From the NCBI GenBank assembly GCA_030753365.1, contig JASMCJ010000061.1, positions 1 to 41,116 on the forward strand: a stretch of 41,116 nucleotides of DNA. Direction: 5' to 3'. Numbering within the stretch: position 1 is the first letter of the stretch; every line of letters begins with the position of its first letter. Positions 1 through 8,479 of this stretch are shown here, one piece after another. The notes under the pieces were generated by a model. That model ran no database searches. It was not told the DNA's origin and saw only the letters and a list, made by a program, of their open reading frames with translations. A program made the translations under genes and the position numbers. This DNA comes from Candidatus Woesearchaeota archaeon. Lineage in GTDB: Archaea; Nanobdellota; Nanobdellia; Woesearchaeales; GCA-2687795.

Positions 1-156
1 TTCGTAATATGCTCCAGCAACTATCGAGTCAAGACAATAGACCTAAATCAAATAAAAAGGTATGTCACTGAAGCAAAATCATTCATCAATGAAACCGGCA
101 ACGTCATAAGCAGAAACGAACAAATATTTAGTCAGAAAGAATCATTTCATTTATAA
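1..156 (+). CDS. Partial CDS (3' end), hypothetical protein
   Basis: Frame 1 is open from the window start (FVICSSNYRVKTIDL...SFHL) to TAA at 154-156, 1 nt before the next ATG. Confidence 0.7.
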   Translation, partial: FVICSSNYRVKTIDLNQIKRYVTEAKSFINETGNVISRNEQIFSQKESFHL

Positions 157-157
157 A

Positions 158-628
158 ATGTTAGAAACACTAGAAGAAGCAAGAAAAGAACTAATCCGTG
201 TAGACCACTTAGTTTATGTTAGCTTAAAATATACAAGAACTGTGGACATGATTAAGCATGCAATTAAAAGGATCATAAGCTCTTATGATTTCTTAAATGA
301 AGCACTTTTGCTCTACTCCAAGGAAAATAAGAAAATCCTTGAAATACCTTCTACACCGGTCTCAAAAAGAGAAACTCTTATGGATTTATTCAAAGAAGAT
401 GAATTTATAATAAAGAATGTTATGCTTCATACTTGGTTAAGGAAAGTAGACAAAATAGAAAAATCCCAAGCATCCAGAGAATTCAGGAAACATGTAACCA
501 TGACACTTGAAGTTGAAGGAAAAGAAGTTAAAGTAGACATTGAAAAGATTTATGAATACTACAATCTTTTACAGGAATATAATGATTATGTAAACAAGAT
601 GATCATTGGTGAAAAAGAAGAGGAATAA
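158..628 (+). CDS. Hypothetical protein (156 aa)
   Basis: Clean ORF in operon-like spacing; no motif recognised with certainty. Confidence 0.8.
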   Translation: MLETLEEARKELIRVDHLVYVSLKYTRTVDMIKHAIKRIISSYDFLNEALLLYSKENKKILEIPSTPVSKRETLMDLFKEDEFIIKNVMLHTWLRKVDKIEKSQASREFRKHVTMTLEVEGKEVKVDIEKIYEYYNLLQEYNDYVNKMIIGEKEEE

Positions 629-633
629 AATAA

Positions 634-1146
634 ATGTCTGAAAGATTAACAAAAAAACTCCTAAAAAAAGGCTGGAAGCATCAGGATATCACTAAGACTT
701 TAAAAATAATTGAAGCAGGAAAACAAAAGAAGCCTAAGCATATCAAACTCCTTGATGCATCAGTTTACTGGATCGCTTTAATTGTTGCAATTATTGGAAA
801 CATAGCAATACTATTTACATTACTACCTCTCTTACTATTCTTAAAAGGTTGGGGATACTACCTTATAATTGGAATCTTAGGCTTCTCTTTCGGTTTACTA
901 TTCGAAATACTAATCAGAGACATAGAAAACCTTGAAACGCATCATCACAGACTAATCAGCTCATTACTACCTGCTGTAACCATCATCAACTTCTTTATAA
1001 TAACCAGAGTCCTCAACAACTTCCTAACCAGGTTTAATCTTAGTCTTCAGGTGCCACTCTTCATGGGAATATTCTACACAGTAATATTCCTTCTGCCATA
1101 CATCCTTTATCACACTGTATACAAGCACAGGCAGCAAAGCTTTTAA
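634..1146 (+). CDS. Hypothetical integral membrane protein (about 4 TM helices)
   Basis: Basic N-terminus followed by four hydrophobic segments. Confidence 0.8.
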   Translation: MSERLTKKLLKKGWKHQDITKTLKIIEAGKQKKPKHIKLLDASVYWIALIVAIIGNIAILFTLLPLLLFLKGWGYYLIIGILGFSFGLLFEILIRDIENLETHHHRLISSLLPAVTIINFFIITRVLNNFLTRFNLSLQVPLFMGIFYTVIFLLPYILYHTVYKHRQQSF

Positions 1147-1149
1147 ATA
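1141..1149 (+). promoter_or_regulatory. Putative TATA box (TTTTAAATA) for the tRNA-His locus
   Basis: Lies 26-34 nt upstream of the outer tRNA 5'-end copy at 1175. Confidence 0.4.
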
Positions 1150-1174
1150 GCAAAGATTTCTTTGGTTTATATAT

Positions 1175-1193
1175 GGCGGTAGTAGTTTAATGG
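1175..1193 (+). repeat. Direct repeat of the tRNA-His 5' end (19 nt)
   Basis: GGCGGTAGTAGTTTAATGG is identical to 1306-1324. Confidence 0.95.
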
Positions 1194-1305
1194 CAACTGG
1201 TTACGCTCAGTTGACACGCAATAATGGGTTTTCAACCCATTGCCGTGGCTCTATTAACTCCTACAAGGCCCCGGAGAAATCAATTTTGTTCATAATCATC
1301 AAATT

Positions 1306-1377
1306 GGCGGTAGTAGTTTAATGGTAGAATATACGGTTGTGGTCCGTATGAAGGGAGTTCGATTCTCCCCTATCGCC
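1306..1377 (+). tRNA. tRNA-His(GTG), encoded G-1, no encoded CCA
   Basis: Cloverleaf: acceptor GCGGTAG/CTATCGC, anticodon arm TACGG-TTGTGGT-CCGTA, T arm GGGAG-TTCGATT-CTCCC, discriminator C; followed by a T run. Confidence 0.95.
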
Positions 1378-1448
1378 TTTTTCAATTCGTGGGACTTCCG
1401 AACGTAGTGAGGGAGTCGCACAAGGTGTCAACTGACTTTGCAGTTGAG

Positions 1449-1478
1449 GGAGTTCGATTCTCCCCTATCGCCTTTTTC
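1449..1478 (+). repeat. Direct repeat of the tRNA-His 3' end (T arm + acceptor + T run)
   Basis: GGGAGTTCGATTCTCCCCTATCGCCTTTTT is identical to 1353-1382. Confidence 0.95.
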
Positions 1479-1520
1479 TTAACCGCTACCCTTATAAACC
1501 TCTTCCCCATTCTAACCCTC

Positions 1521-2501
1521 ATGATATGCTTAGGAATAGAATCAACAGCCCACACCTTTGGTGTAGGCATAATAACAGAAGAAGGAAAGCCTTTAGCCAA
1601 TGTTAAAGATAGTTACACCTCTGAAAAAGAAGGCATCCATCCAACCAAAGCCAAAGAGCATCACATAGAAGTAGCAGACAAAGTAATAAAAGACGCTCTA
1701 ACAGAAGCAAACCTCACATTAAAAGACATAGACTTAATCTCTTTTAGTCAAGGCCCTGGACTACCACCATGTTTAGTAGTAGGCATGGAAAAAGCCAAAG
1801 AGCTTTCTAAAAAACATAACCTTCCTTTAGTAGGCGTCAACCACTGCATAGCCCATCTAAGCATAGGAGAGCTAACAACAGGCTGCAAAGATCCAGTCCT
1901 ATTATACGTAAGCGGCGCTAACACTCAAATCATAGCTTATGAAGGAAAAAAGTACAGAATCTTCGGTGAAACATTAGACATGGGCATAGGCAACTTCATA
2001 GATTCCTTTGCAAGGTTAATTGGCATAGGCTTCCCTGGCGGCCCTAAGATCCAGGAATTAGCAGAAAAAACAACCAACTACATAGAACTTCCCTACTCCG
2101 TAAAAGGCATGGACATCTCAGTAGGCGGCATCTTCACCAACCTTAAAAACAAAGTAGACAGCAACAACTACTCAAACGAGGAACTCTCATACTCTTTACA
2201 GGAAACAGTCTTTGCAATGCTAACAGAAGTAGCAGAGCGTGCAATGGCCCACTGCCAAAAGAATGAACTTTTGCTAGGCGGCGGAGTAGCCTGCAACACA
2301 AGACTCCAGGAAATGACAAAAATCATGTGCAAAGACAGAAAAGCAGAATGCTTCATCCCCTCAAACGGTGTCCTAACCGACAACGCCTTAATGATAGCCT
2401 GGCAAGGCATCTTAGAAAAGGATAAAGCCTCTAAACACATAGAACAAATTGACATAAAACCTCATTGGAGAACGGATCAAGTCAATGTAAATTGGAAATA
2501 G
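1521..2501 (+). CDS. kae1: KEOPS t6A synthase Kae1/TsaD
   Basis: LGIESTAH N-terminus, GPGL, HCIAH metal motif, GETLD, DNALMIA. Start placed at ATG 1521 rather than 1389. Confidence 0.95.
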   Translation: MICLGIESTAHTFGVGIITEEGKPLANVKDSYTSEKEGIHPTKAKEHHIEVADKVIKDALTEANLTLKDIDLISFSQGPGLPPCLVVGMEKAKELSKKHNLPLVGVNHCIAHLSIGELTTGCKDPVLLYVSGANTQIIAYEGKKYRIFGETLDMGIGNFIDSFARLIGIGFPGGPKIQELAEKTTNYIELPYSVKGMDISVGGIFTNLKNKVDSNNYSNEELSYSLQETVFAMLTEVAERAMAHCQKNELLLGGGVACNTRLQEMTKIMCKDRKAECFIPSNGVLTDNALMIAWQGILEKDKASKHIEQIDIKPHWRTDQVNVNWK

Positions 2502-2538
2502 AGCAATATTTCTATCAAAGAATTAAACTATACATCAT

Positions 2539-2706
2539 TTATTTCATGCCATGCGCTTTCTCAAACTTCTTCTCATCATTTGGCGATAACGGCTCAAAAA
2601 TAAGACCGCAATCCTTGCAGATAACCTGCTGCTTTCTGTCGTTATGTATAATGTTTGAGCTGCCGCAATCAGGGCAAGCATTCACTTCATGTATATCTTT
2701 AATCAT
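2539..2706 (-). CDS. Small TFIIB-type zinc-ribbon protein (55 aa), not in the ORF track
   Basis: MIKDIHEVNACPDCGSSNIIHNDRKQQVICKDCGLIFEP...; CPDC-x15-CKDCG ribbon. Confidence 0.8.
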   Translation of the reverse strand: MIKDIHEVNACPDCGSSNIIHNDRKQQVICKDCGLIFEPLSPNDEKKFEKAHGMK

Positions 2707-2790
2707 ATTATGAGCATTATTCTGCTTTATTTATAAAATTTTTGCTCAGATTAAGAAAGGTTTTTAAACTGATAATCAATTATCTAGAAT

Positions 2791-3048
2791 ATGAAAGCAG
2801 TAATAGCAAATTTCAGAAGAGGAAGGCACACACAGACCTGCAACCAGATGATAATCAAGGTTACAGATGTAAATAATAAAGACAAAGCCAAAGAATTAAT
2901 AGGCAAAACAGTAACCTGGAAAAGCCCTGCAGGAAAAGAAATCAAGGGCAAAATCACAAAAGAGCACGGAAACTCAGGTGCTGTGAAAGTTCTATTTGAG
3001 AAAGGCATGCCTGGTCAGAGTATAGGAACTTCTATTGAAATTCAGTGA
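2791..3048 (+). CDS. rpl35ae: 50S ribosomal protein L35Ae
   Basis: NFRRGRHTQ, LIGKTVTW, GKITKEHGNSGAVKVLFEKGMPGQ. Confidence 0.95.
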   Translation: MKAVIANFRRGRHTQTCNQMIIKVTDVNNKDKAKELIGKTVTWKSPAGKEIKGKITKEHGNSGAVKVLFEKGMPGQSIGTSIEIQ

Positions 3049-3049
3049 T

Positions 3050-3802
3050 TCATTCTACATGCACATATTCTCCATGCGTAAAAAATCCCACAGCTTGCTT
3101 TATCCCTGCAACCTTAGAAAACAAATCTCTCTCAAGCGAAACCGTATTCTTATCAAACAAGCTAAAAATCTCAGGCTTAAAAACATAAATGCCAGCATTC
3201 ACAACATTTGAAACGCTCTCCTTTGGCTTCTCCTTAAAATCAACAACCAGGTCACCATCCAGCACAACATTACCATACTCTGCAGTCTTCTCCCTAGTCA
3301 TCAGCCCCAAAGTCATTAACTTATCATTCTCAAGATGCTTCTTAACCATCTTCTTCAACTCAAACTCATTATAAGTATCACCGCTAATAACCACAAAACT
3401 CTTCTTCAGCTTATCCCTAATTGCGCCCAAAGCTTCAGCATTCCCTTTAGCTTCCTTTTCAAAAACCCTAACCTCAATCCCCAATTCCTTAGTCAAATCA
3501 ATCACATCATTAATCAATGGGCTATGCTGTGTAACAATAAACACTTCCTTTATTCCATTACTCTTAAAAAACTCAAGATGTCTTGTAATTAATTCTTTGC
3601 CATTAACATCCTTCAGCAAAACATTATGCTGATCTTTCCTTATAAGAATAACCGCTGTTGTAATACTCTGCTCTCTCAACCCTTTTCCAAGAAACAATTC
3701 AATAGCCTGGCTCCTTGACCTGATAAACGAGCCATCCACTTTACCATCTACATCATCCAGCAAATCCTTATCCATTGAAATAGCAATCTTAACCTTCTTC
3801 AT
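3050..3802 (-). CDS. Ribbon-helix-helix domain fused to a sugar-phosphate nucleotidyltransferase-like domain
   Basis: N-terminal KVKIAISMDKDLLDDVD...SRSQAIE (CopG/NikR-like); C-terminal VISGD, YGNV, FKEKP, NAGIYVF. Confidence 0.8.
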   Translation of the reverse strand: MKKVKIAISMDKDLLDDVDGKVDGSFIRSRSQAIELFLGKGLREQSITTAVILIRKDQHNVLLKDVNGKELITRHLEFFKSNGIKEVFIVTQHSPLINDVIDLTKELGIEVRVFEKEAKGNAEALGAIRDKLKKSFVVISGDTYNEFELKKMVKKHLENDKLMTLGLMTREKTAEYGNVVLDGDLVVDFKEKPKESVSNVVNAGIYVFKPEIFSLFDKNTVSLERDLFSKVAGIKQAVGFFTHGEYVHVE

Positions 3803-3891
3803 CAGTATGAATATAGAATACCATCTTTATTTATATTTATCTATTATTTATAAGAAATTTTATAAACAAAACAGGGATAATAACCATTAAA

Positions 3892-5079
3892 ATGAACATT
3901 AACTCTATGCGCAAAATAGACAAATACATAGGCGTGCCTATCTGCTATTTACTCTCAGGAATAAACCTTCTGATAAAACCCTTCAAAAGAAAGCCAAAGA
4001 AAATAGAAAAGGTCCTATTCATACAAATCTCTGAAATGGGAAGCGCTGTCTCAGTTGCCCCTTCAATAATAGAACTAAAAAAAAGGCATCCTAAGGCAGA
4101 AATCCATTATTTAATGTTCAAGGAGATGTCAGAAATAGTTGAAATAATGGGCTTAATAAAAAAGGAAAACATTCATACAATCACTAACAAATCTTTCTTC
4201 GCAATGATCTTAGACGTCTTAAAAGCTACATTCAGCCTAAAAAAGTTTGACGTAATCATCGATTTAGAGCTATTCTCAAGGTTCAGCTCAATTCTATCCT
4301 ACATGATAAGCGCAAAAGACATAATCGGCTTCAACAAATTCCACATGGAAGGGCTATATAGAGGCAATTTCCAGACAAAAAGCATGCTCTACAATCACAC
4401 AAAGCATATCGCCCTCAACTTCTTAGCTTGTGTTCATGCAATTGACCAGCCAAGAACCGAAATTCCTCTGCTAAAAGAGAAATTGGAGCTAAAAGACCTC
4501 TACCCTCCTTTAATCAGCTCTGACAAACTCTCAAAAGATAACATCATAAAGAAAATAAAAGAAATAAACCCAGAATTTGATGAAACCAAAAAACTAATCA
4601 TCCTAAACCCAAACGGAAGCATGCTGCTGCCATTAAGAAGATGGCCTCTAACAAGCTACACAGAGCTTGCAAAGCGGATAATTAAGGATACAAATGCTTA
4701 CATCATCTTAACAGGCATAAAATCCGAAGAAAAAGACACAAAAGTGATAAGCAACACACTAAACAGCAAAAGATGCATAAACCTCACAGGCAAAACAACC
4801 ATAAAAGAGCTCATTGACCTATACAACCTCTCAGATACCTTAATAAGCAATGATTCAGGCCCTCCTAACTTTGCAGCATTAACTAAAATCAAAGTAATCG
4901 TGCTCTTTGGTCCTGAAACCCCAGTATGCTATCTGCCAAGAAGCAGGAACATAACCGTACTCCATTCAGGCTTAATCTGCAGCCCTTGTGTCTCTGCTTA
5001 CAACCACAGGAAATCTCCCTGTAATGACAACAAATGCATGAAATCTATAACAGTTGATGACGTGTATAATCTCCTCTAA
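3892..5079 (+). CDS. Glycosyltransferase family 9 (heptosyltransferase-like)
   Basis: IQISEMGSAV, RRWP, NLTGKTTIKEL, ISNDSGPPNFA, LFGP and C-terminal CSPC...C...CM. Confidence 0.9.
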   Translation: MNINSMRKIDKYIGVPICYLLSGINLLIKPFKRKPKKIEKVLFIQISEMGSAVSVAPSIIELKKRHPKAEIHYLMFKEMSEIVEIMGLIKKENIHTITNKSFFAMILDVLKATFSLKKFDVIIDLELFSRFSSILSYMISAKDIIGFNKFHMEGLYRGNFQTKSMLYNHTKHIALNFLACVHAIDQPRTEIPLLKEKLELKDLYPPLISSDKLSKDNIIKKIKEINPEFDETKKLIILNPNGSMLLPLRRWPLTSYTELAKRIIKDTNAYIILTGIKSEEKDTKVISNTLNSKRCINLTGKTTIKELIDLYNLSDTLISNDSGPPNFAALTKIKVIVLFGPETPVCYLPRSRNITVLHSGLICSPCVSAYNHRKSPCNDNKCMKSITVDDVYNLL

Positions 5080-5145
5080 TTTCACTACTTTTAAGAGATA
5101 AAAATAGAAACATTTAAAAAGGGATTTCGCTTTCTTCTATATAAA

Positions 5146-5730
5146 ATGGACACATTAGAACAAATAGCAGAGAAAAGGGAAAAGCTGTATATAGTTCCTA
5201 AGCCAAGGGTTAATTATACCTATTCAGACTCTAGAATTGATAAAGATGCATACTTTGCTGCTAAAAGTAAGGAAGAAAGAGCAAGGGTAAGAGAATCAAT
5301 ATATGATCCTTCCTATGAACTAAGTCCTGTCTATAAAGAATTTATCCCTCCTAAAGGCTTCTCTAAAGGTTCAGTTGAGCAATGTAAGAATCCTAACATA
5401 TACAAAATCACTTATGGAAATAAAACAATCTACAGAGCAATGATTAATGATAAGGCAGTTGCATTTAGTATCGATAAAGAAGGAAACTTTCGTTATGTCA
5501 GCAAAATAATTGATGAAAGTCTTAGAAATCAACAGCACCTTAGAGACATTCTTGTAGAAGGTGATTTAGCTAAAGTAAAAAATTATGTTCAAAGGGAGCG
5601 TAACTTGATACCTGAAAATGATATTCCTTATGATATTTCTACACATAAACCTGAAAAGGAAGAATTCAAGCCAGGATTAGTAAACATTCCTCATTATAGA
5701 ACTAAAGAATATCTTGAAGCAGCAGCATAA
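5146..5730 (+). CDS. Hypothetical protein (orphan-like, 194 aa)
   Basis: Long ORF with its own upstream TATA-like element; no motif recognised. Confidence 0.7.
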   Translation: MDTLEQIAEKREKLYIVPKPRVNYTYSDSRIDKDAYFAAKSKEERARVRESIYDPSYELSPVYKEFIPPKGFSKGSVEQCKNPNIYKITYGNKTIYRAMINDKAVAFSIDKEGNFRYVSKIIDESLRNQQHLRDILVEGDLAKVKNYVQRERNLIPENDIPYDISTHKPEKEEFKPGLVNIPHYRTKEYLEAAA

Positions 5731-6387
5731 TCAAACTTCATACTCAAAATAGTCATCCCATGGATTCTCAAGCTTCATCATCTGCTTTATAGTTAATTTC
5801 TCAAAATACTTTCTAAACGGTCTCATAGAATTCCCATGCGCAGAGATAGCAACATTCACCTTTTCCTTCTTCATCTTCTTAAGCAAATCTTTGACAAAAG
5901 AATTAACTCTTTTTTCAACCATCTTAACACTCTCACCATTAGGCGGAGGAATATTATAGCTTCTCCTTATAATCTGAAGCTCTGCCTCTCCAGTCTTTCT
6001 AATAAACTCCTTCCTCTCAGCACCATTCAAATGATCAATCTTATGCCAATGCAATAATGTCTTATACGAATCAGTTCCTTCTCTCTTAACAAACTGCTTA
6101 TGCGACTTTCCCTGCAGCTTCCCATAACTCCTCTCAATCATCCTGTCATCAGTAATAACCTCTTTACACTCAGGATGAAACTTCATCACAAACTTCAATG
6201 TATCCTTAGAACGTGACAGCCTTGAATGATAAGCAACCTGAAACTTTTTACTCTTTAACTTCTTTGCAACCTTCTTAGCATCCCTAATCCCTCTAGAAGT
6301 AAGCTTAGAATCTTTCCATCCTGTAAACCTATGATCTCTATTAAAATAAGTCTGCCCATGCCTGAATAAATAAATATGAAGTTTCAT
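5731..6387 (-). CDS. gpmA: 2,3-BPG-dependent phosphoglycerate mutase (histidine phosphatase family)
   Basis: FRHGQT, FTGWKD, ERSYG, PPNGES, AHGNSMR motifs; start placed at ATG 6387. Confidence 0.85.
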   Translation of the reverse strand: MKLHIYLFRHGQTYFNRDHRFTGWKDSKLTSRGIRDAKKVAKKLKSKKFQVAYHSRLSRSKDTLKFVMKFHPECKEVITDDRMIERSYGKLQGKSHKQFVKREGTDSYKTLLHWHKIDHLNGAERKEFIRKTGEAELQIIRRSYNIPPPNGESVKMVEKRVNSFVKDLLKKMKKEKVNVAISAHGNSMRPFRKYFEKLTIKQMMKLENPWDDYFEYEV

Positions 6388-6545
6388 ATAACACAAAATC
6401 ATTTTTTATTAATATAAATCTTTTGTCAGTTCTCAAATGTAGTATCAAAAAGTATATATAGGAGGATATAGAAGAATAGAACTAAATATATGTACTAATC
6501 TAAAAATCGATTAGAAATTAGTTAAAAAAAGGAGGTGTTTAAAGA

Positions 6546-6908
6546 ATGCAGAAAAAAATAGGACATTATTCTTTCGTTGTAGGAGTTGTGTTAGCACTGT
6601 TGTTGGGTTTAGCTTCCCAGTTTTTAGCAGGCACCGGTTTAATCCCTTGGCTAGCTTCTTTATTAGTTGTATGCGGCTTAACTGTGGGATTCTTGAACGT
6701 TACAGGAAAGGAAACAAAAGAATTTTTGGTTGTTTCAACAGTCCTTGTAATTATAGCCGGACTTGGTGGAGCTTCTAGTTCCTTAGCAGGTGTTGAGATT
6801 GTTGGACCATACCTAAGCGGTGTATTCCTTCAGGTACTAGCTTTTATTGTACCAGCAGTTGTTGTTGTTGCACTAAAGGATATCTGGAATCTAACCAAAA
6901 TAAGTTAA
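6546..6908 (+). CDS. Small membrane protein (about 4 TM)
   Basis: GGAGGTG RBS, hydrophobic helices, followed by a poly-T terminator-like tract. Confidence 0.85.
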   Translation: MQKKIGHYSFVVGVVLALLLGLASQFLAGTGLIPWLASLLVVCGLTVGFLNVTGKETKEFLVVSTVLVIIAGLGGASSSLAGVEIVGPYLSGVFLQVLAFIVPAVVVVALKDIWNLTKIS

Positions 6909-6925
6909 TTTTTTTTCTTTTTTTT

Positions 6926-6953
6926 TCAAAAGTTATATATCAAAAGTTATATA
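6926..6953 (+). repeat. 14-nt tandem duplication (TCAAAAGTTATATA x2) of a BRE/TATA-like promoter element
   Basis: Copies at 6926-6939 and 6940-6953, upstream of ATG 6978. Confidence 0.7.
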
Positions 6954-6977
6954 TATATCTAACAACAAAAAAATACT

Positions 6978-7829
6978 ATGGTTCTTGAATCATTACTCAA
7001 CCCTTTAAAAGCTGAAAAAAAGCCCTGGGAAGTTTTCCTTTTAGGATTCTTATATTCTTCAATAGCAGTATTCCTCTCACTATGGATATTTGAGAGATAT
7101 GCAAGCTTAGTGTTGGTATTCCTAACAGTAATCTCTTGCATCCCTCTCATCTATGGCGTTATACGAGCAGAAGAAAAGAAAGATCTCATTATAGAAAAAG
7201 AATCAAAATTATTAAAAGAGCATGGCAAAGCGCTTTTATTCTTCATAGTTCTCTTTTTAGGCATAACATTATCTCTCACCGTATGGTATGTTTTCCTGCC
7301 AACAGATGTCTCCTCAAGATTATTTGAAATACAGCAGCAGACAATACTAGACATAAACAATCAAATCACCGGCAATATCTCCATGCAGGCAAACTTATTC
7401 TTAAAAATCTTCCTTAACAATATGAAAGTAATGACCTTTGCAATATTATTTGCTTTTATTTACGGCTTTGGAGCAATGTTTATCTTAACCTGGAACGCAT
7501 CTGTAATCAGTGTAGCCATCGGCAACTTCATAAGATTCCACCTAAGCAACATAGCGAACACAGTAGGCTTCGTCAGCATAGGCTCTTATTTTCAAATATT
7601 CTCATTAGGAATCTTAAGATACATGGCACATGGCATATTCGAGATTCTGGCATATTTCACTGCAGGCCTTGCAGGAGGCATAATATCTGTAGCAGTAATA
7701 CGGCACGACTTCAGGACAAAGAAGTTTGAGCACATTGTTCTTGACTCAGCAGATTTATTGATAATATCCATCTTTATATTAGTACTAGCAGCGTTTATAG
7801 AAGTCTTTGTAACCCCTTATTTATTCTAA
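6978..7829 (+). CDS. Stage II sporulation protein M (SpoIIM/DUF95) family membrane protein
   Basis: IFLNN, WNAS, HGIFEI, AAFIEVFVTP motifs in a multi-TM protein. Confidence 0.85.
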   Translation: MVLESLLNPLKAEKKPWEVFLLGFLYSSIAVFLSLWIFERYASLVLVFLTVISCIPLIYGVIRAEEKKDLIIEKESKLLKEHGKALLFFIVLFLGITLSLTVWYVFLPTDVSSRLFEIQQQTILDINNQITGNISMQANLFLKIFLNNMKVMTFAILFAFIYGFGAMFILTWNASVISVAIGNFIRFHLSNIANTVGFVSIGSYFQIFSLGILRYMAHGIFEILAYFTAGLAGGIISVAVIRHDFRTKKFEHIVLDSADLLIISIFILVLAAFIEVFVTPYLF

Positions 7830-8476
7830 GCATTCATAATTATAAGCTTCCCTGCCCGAGGCTCAAATATTTCTCCCTGCTTGATTAAGCTGTCAATCAC
7901 TTCATCAGTATTATTTTCATTCACTATCCTTAAAACATCATCAAAATTAGCGCCCTCTCCCTTATCAAGCTGCTTAATAGCAGAAAGCACCCTTTCCGCC
8001 ACATCTTCTTTTTTCTCAGACTTTCCTTCTTTAATCTCCTCTATTTCAACATCCTTACTTTTTACATCCTCTCCATCAGACATATTTAATTCAAGCTTCC
8101 TCACCATAATCCATTTTGGGTCACTCAACTCTTTAATAATCTCTGGAATAATATAAGTCTCAGAGCCATACTCTCTTGGCCTGCCAATCAGCAGCACCGC
8201 ACTCCCCACACTTACACCATCTGCACGCGACATATCCTCAAAAATCTTCACAGAAATCCTGCCAGTGCTATCATCCAATGTAAAACTCTTATAACTTGGA
8301 CTCTCTTCAACAGAAATAACAACCCCTATAAGATTTATCCTTGACACTTTAAGGCTATCCGACGTAATTATATAATTCGGCTGCCAGCCTTCATTCTTAA
8401 CATACTTCCCTTCAACAATATCCTTAATCCTAACCTTATATGCAATCTCCCTCTTCTGAAAAGTTTTCTCTTCCAT
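7826..8476 (-). CDS. OB-fold protein, RPA32-like, with C-terminal winged helix
   Basis: SRINLIGVVI...LDDSTGRI OB fold, acidic linker, GEIFEPRAG winged-helix end; directly downstream of MCM. Confidence 0.8.
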   Translation of the reverse strand: MEEKTFQKREIAYKVRIKDIVEGKYVKNEGWQPNYIITSDSLKVSRINLIGVVISVEESPSYKSFTLDDSTGRISVKIFEDMSRADGVSVGSAVLLIGRPREYGSETYIIPEIIKELSDPKWIMVRKLELNMSDGEDVKSKDVEIEEIKEGKSEKKEDVAERVLSAIKQLDKGEGANFDDVLRIVNENNTDEVIDSLIKQGEIFEPRAGKLIIMNA

Positions 8477-8479
8477 TTT

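Noticed and set aside
1194..1305. A second, intron-containing tRNA-His starting at 1175
   Set aside because: Hairpins are present, but I found no set of BHB excisions that rebuilds a D-stem 3' strand and anticodon arm.
1389..1520. N-terminal extension of Kae1 in the ORF track (370 aa)
   Set aside because: It runs through the tRNA 3' repeat; the family N-terminus (xLGIESTAH) begins at ATG 1521, after a TATA-like CTTATAAA.
2465..2713. Plus-strand 82-aa ORF
   Set aside because: Shadow of the minus-strand zinc-ribbon gene; it also overlaps kae1.
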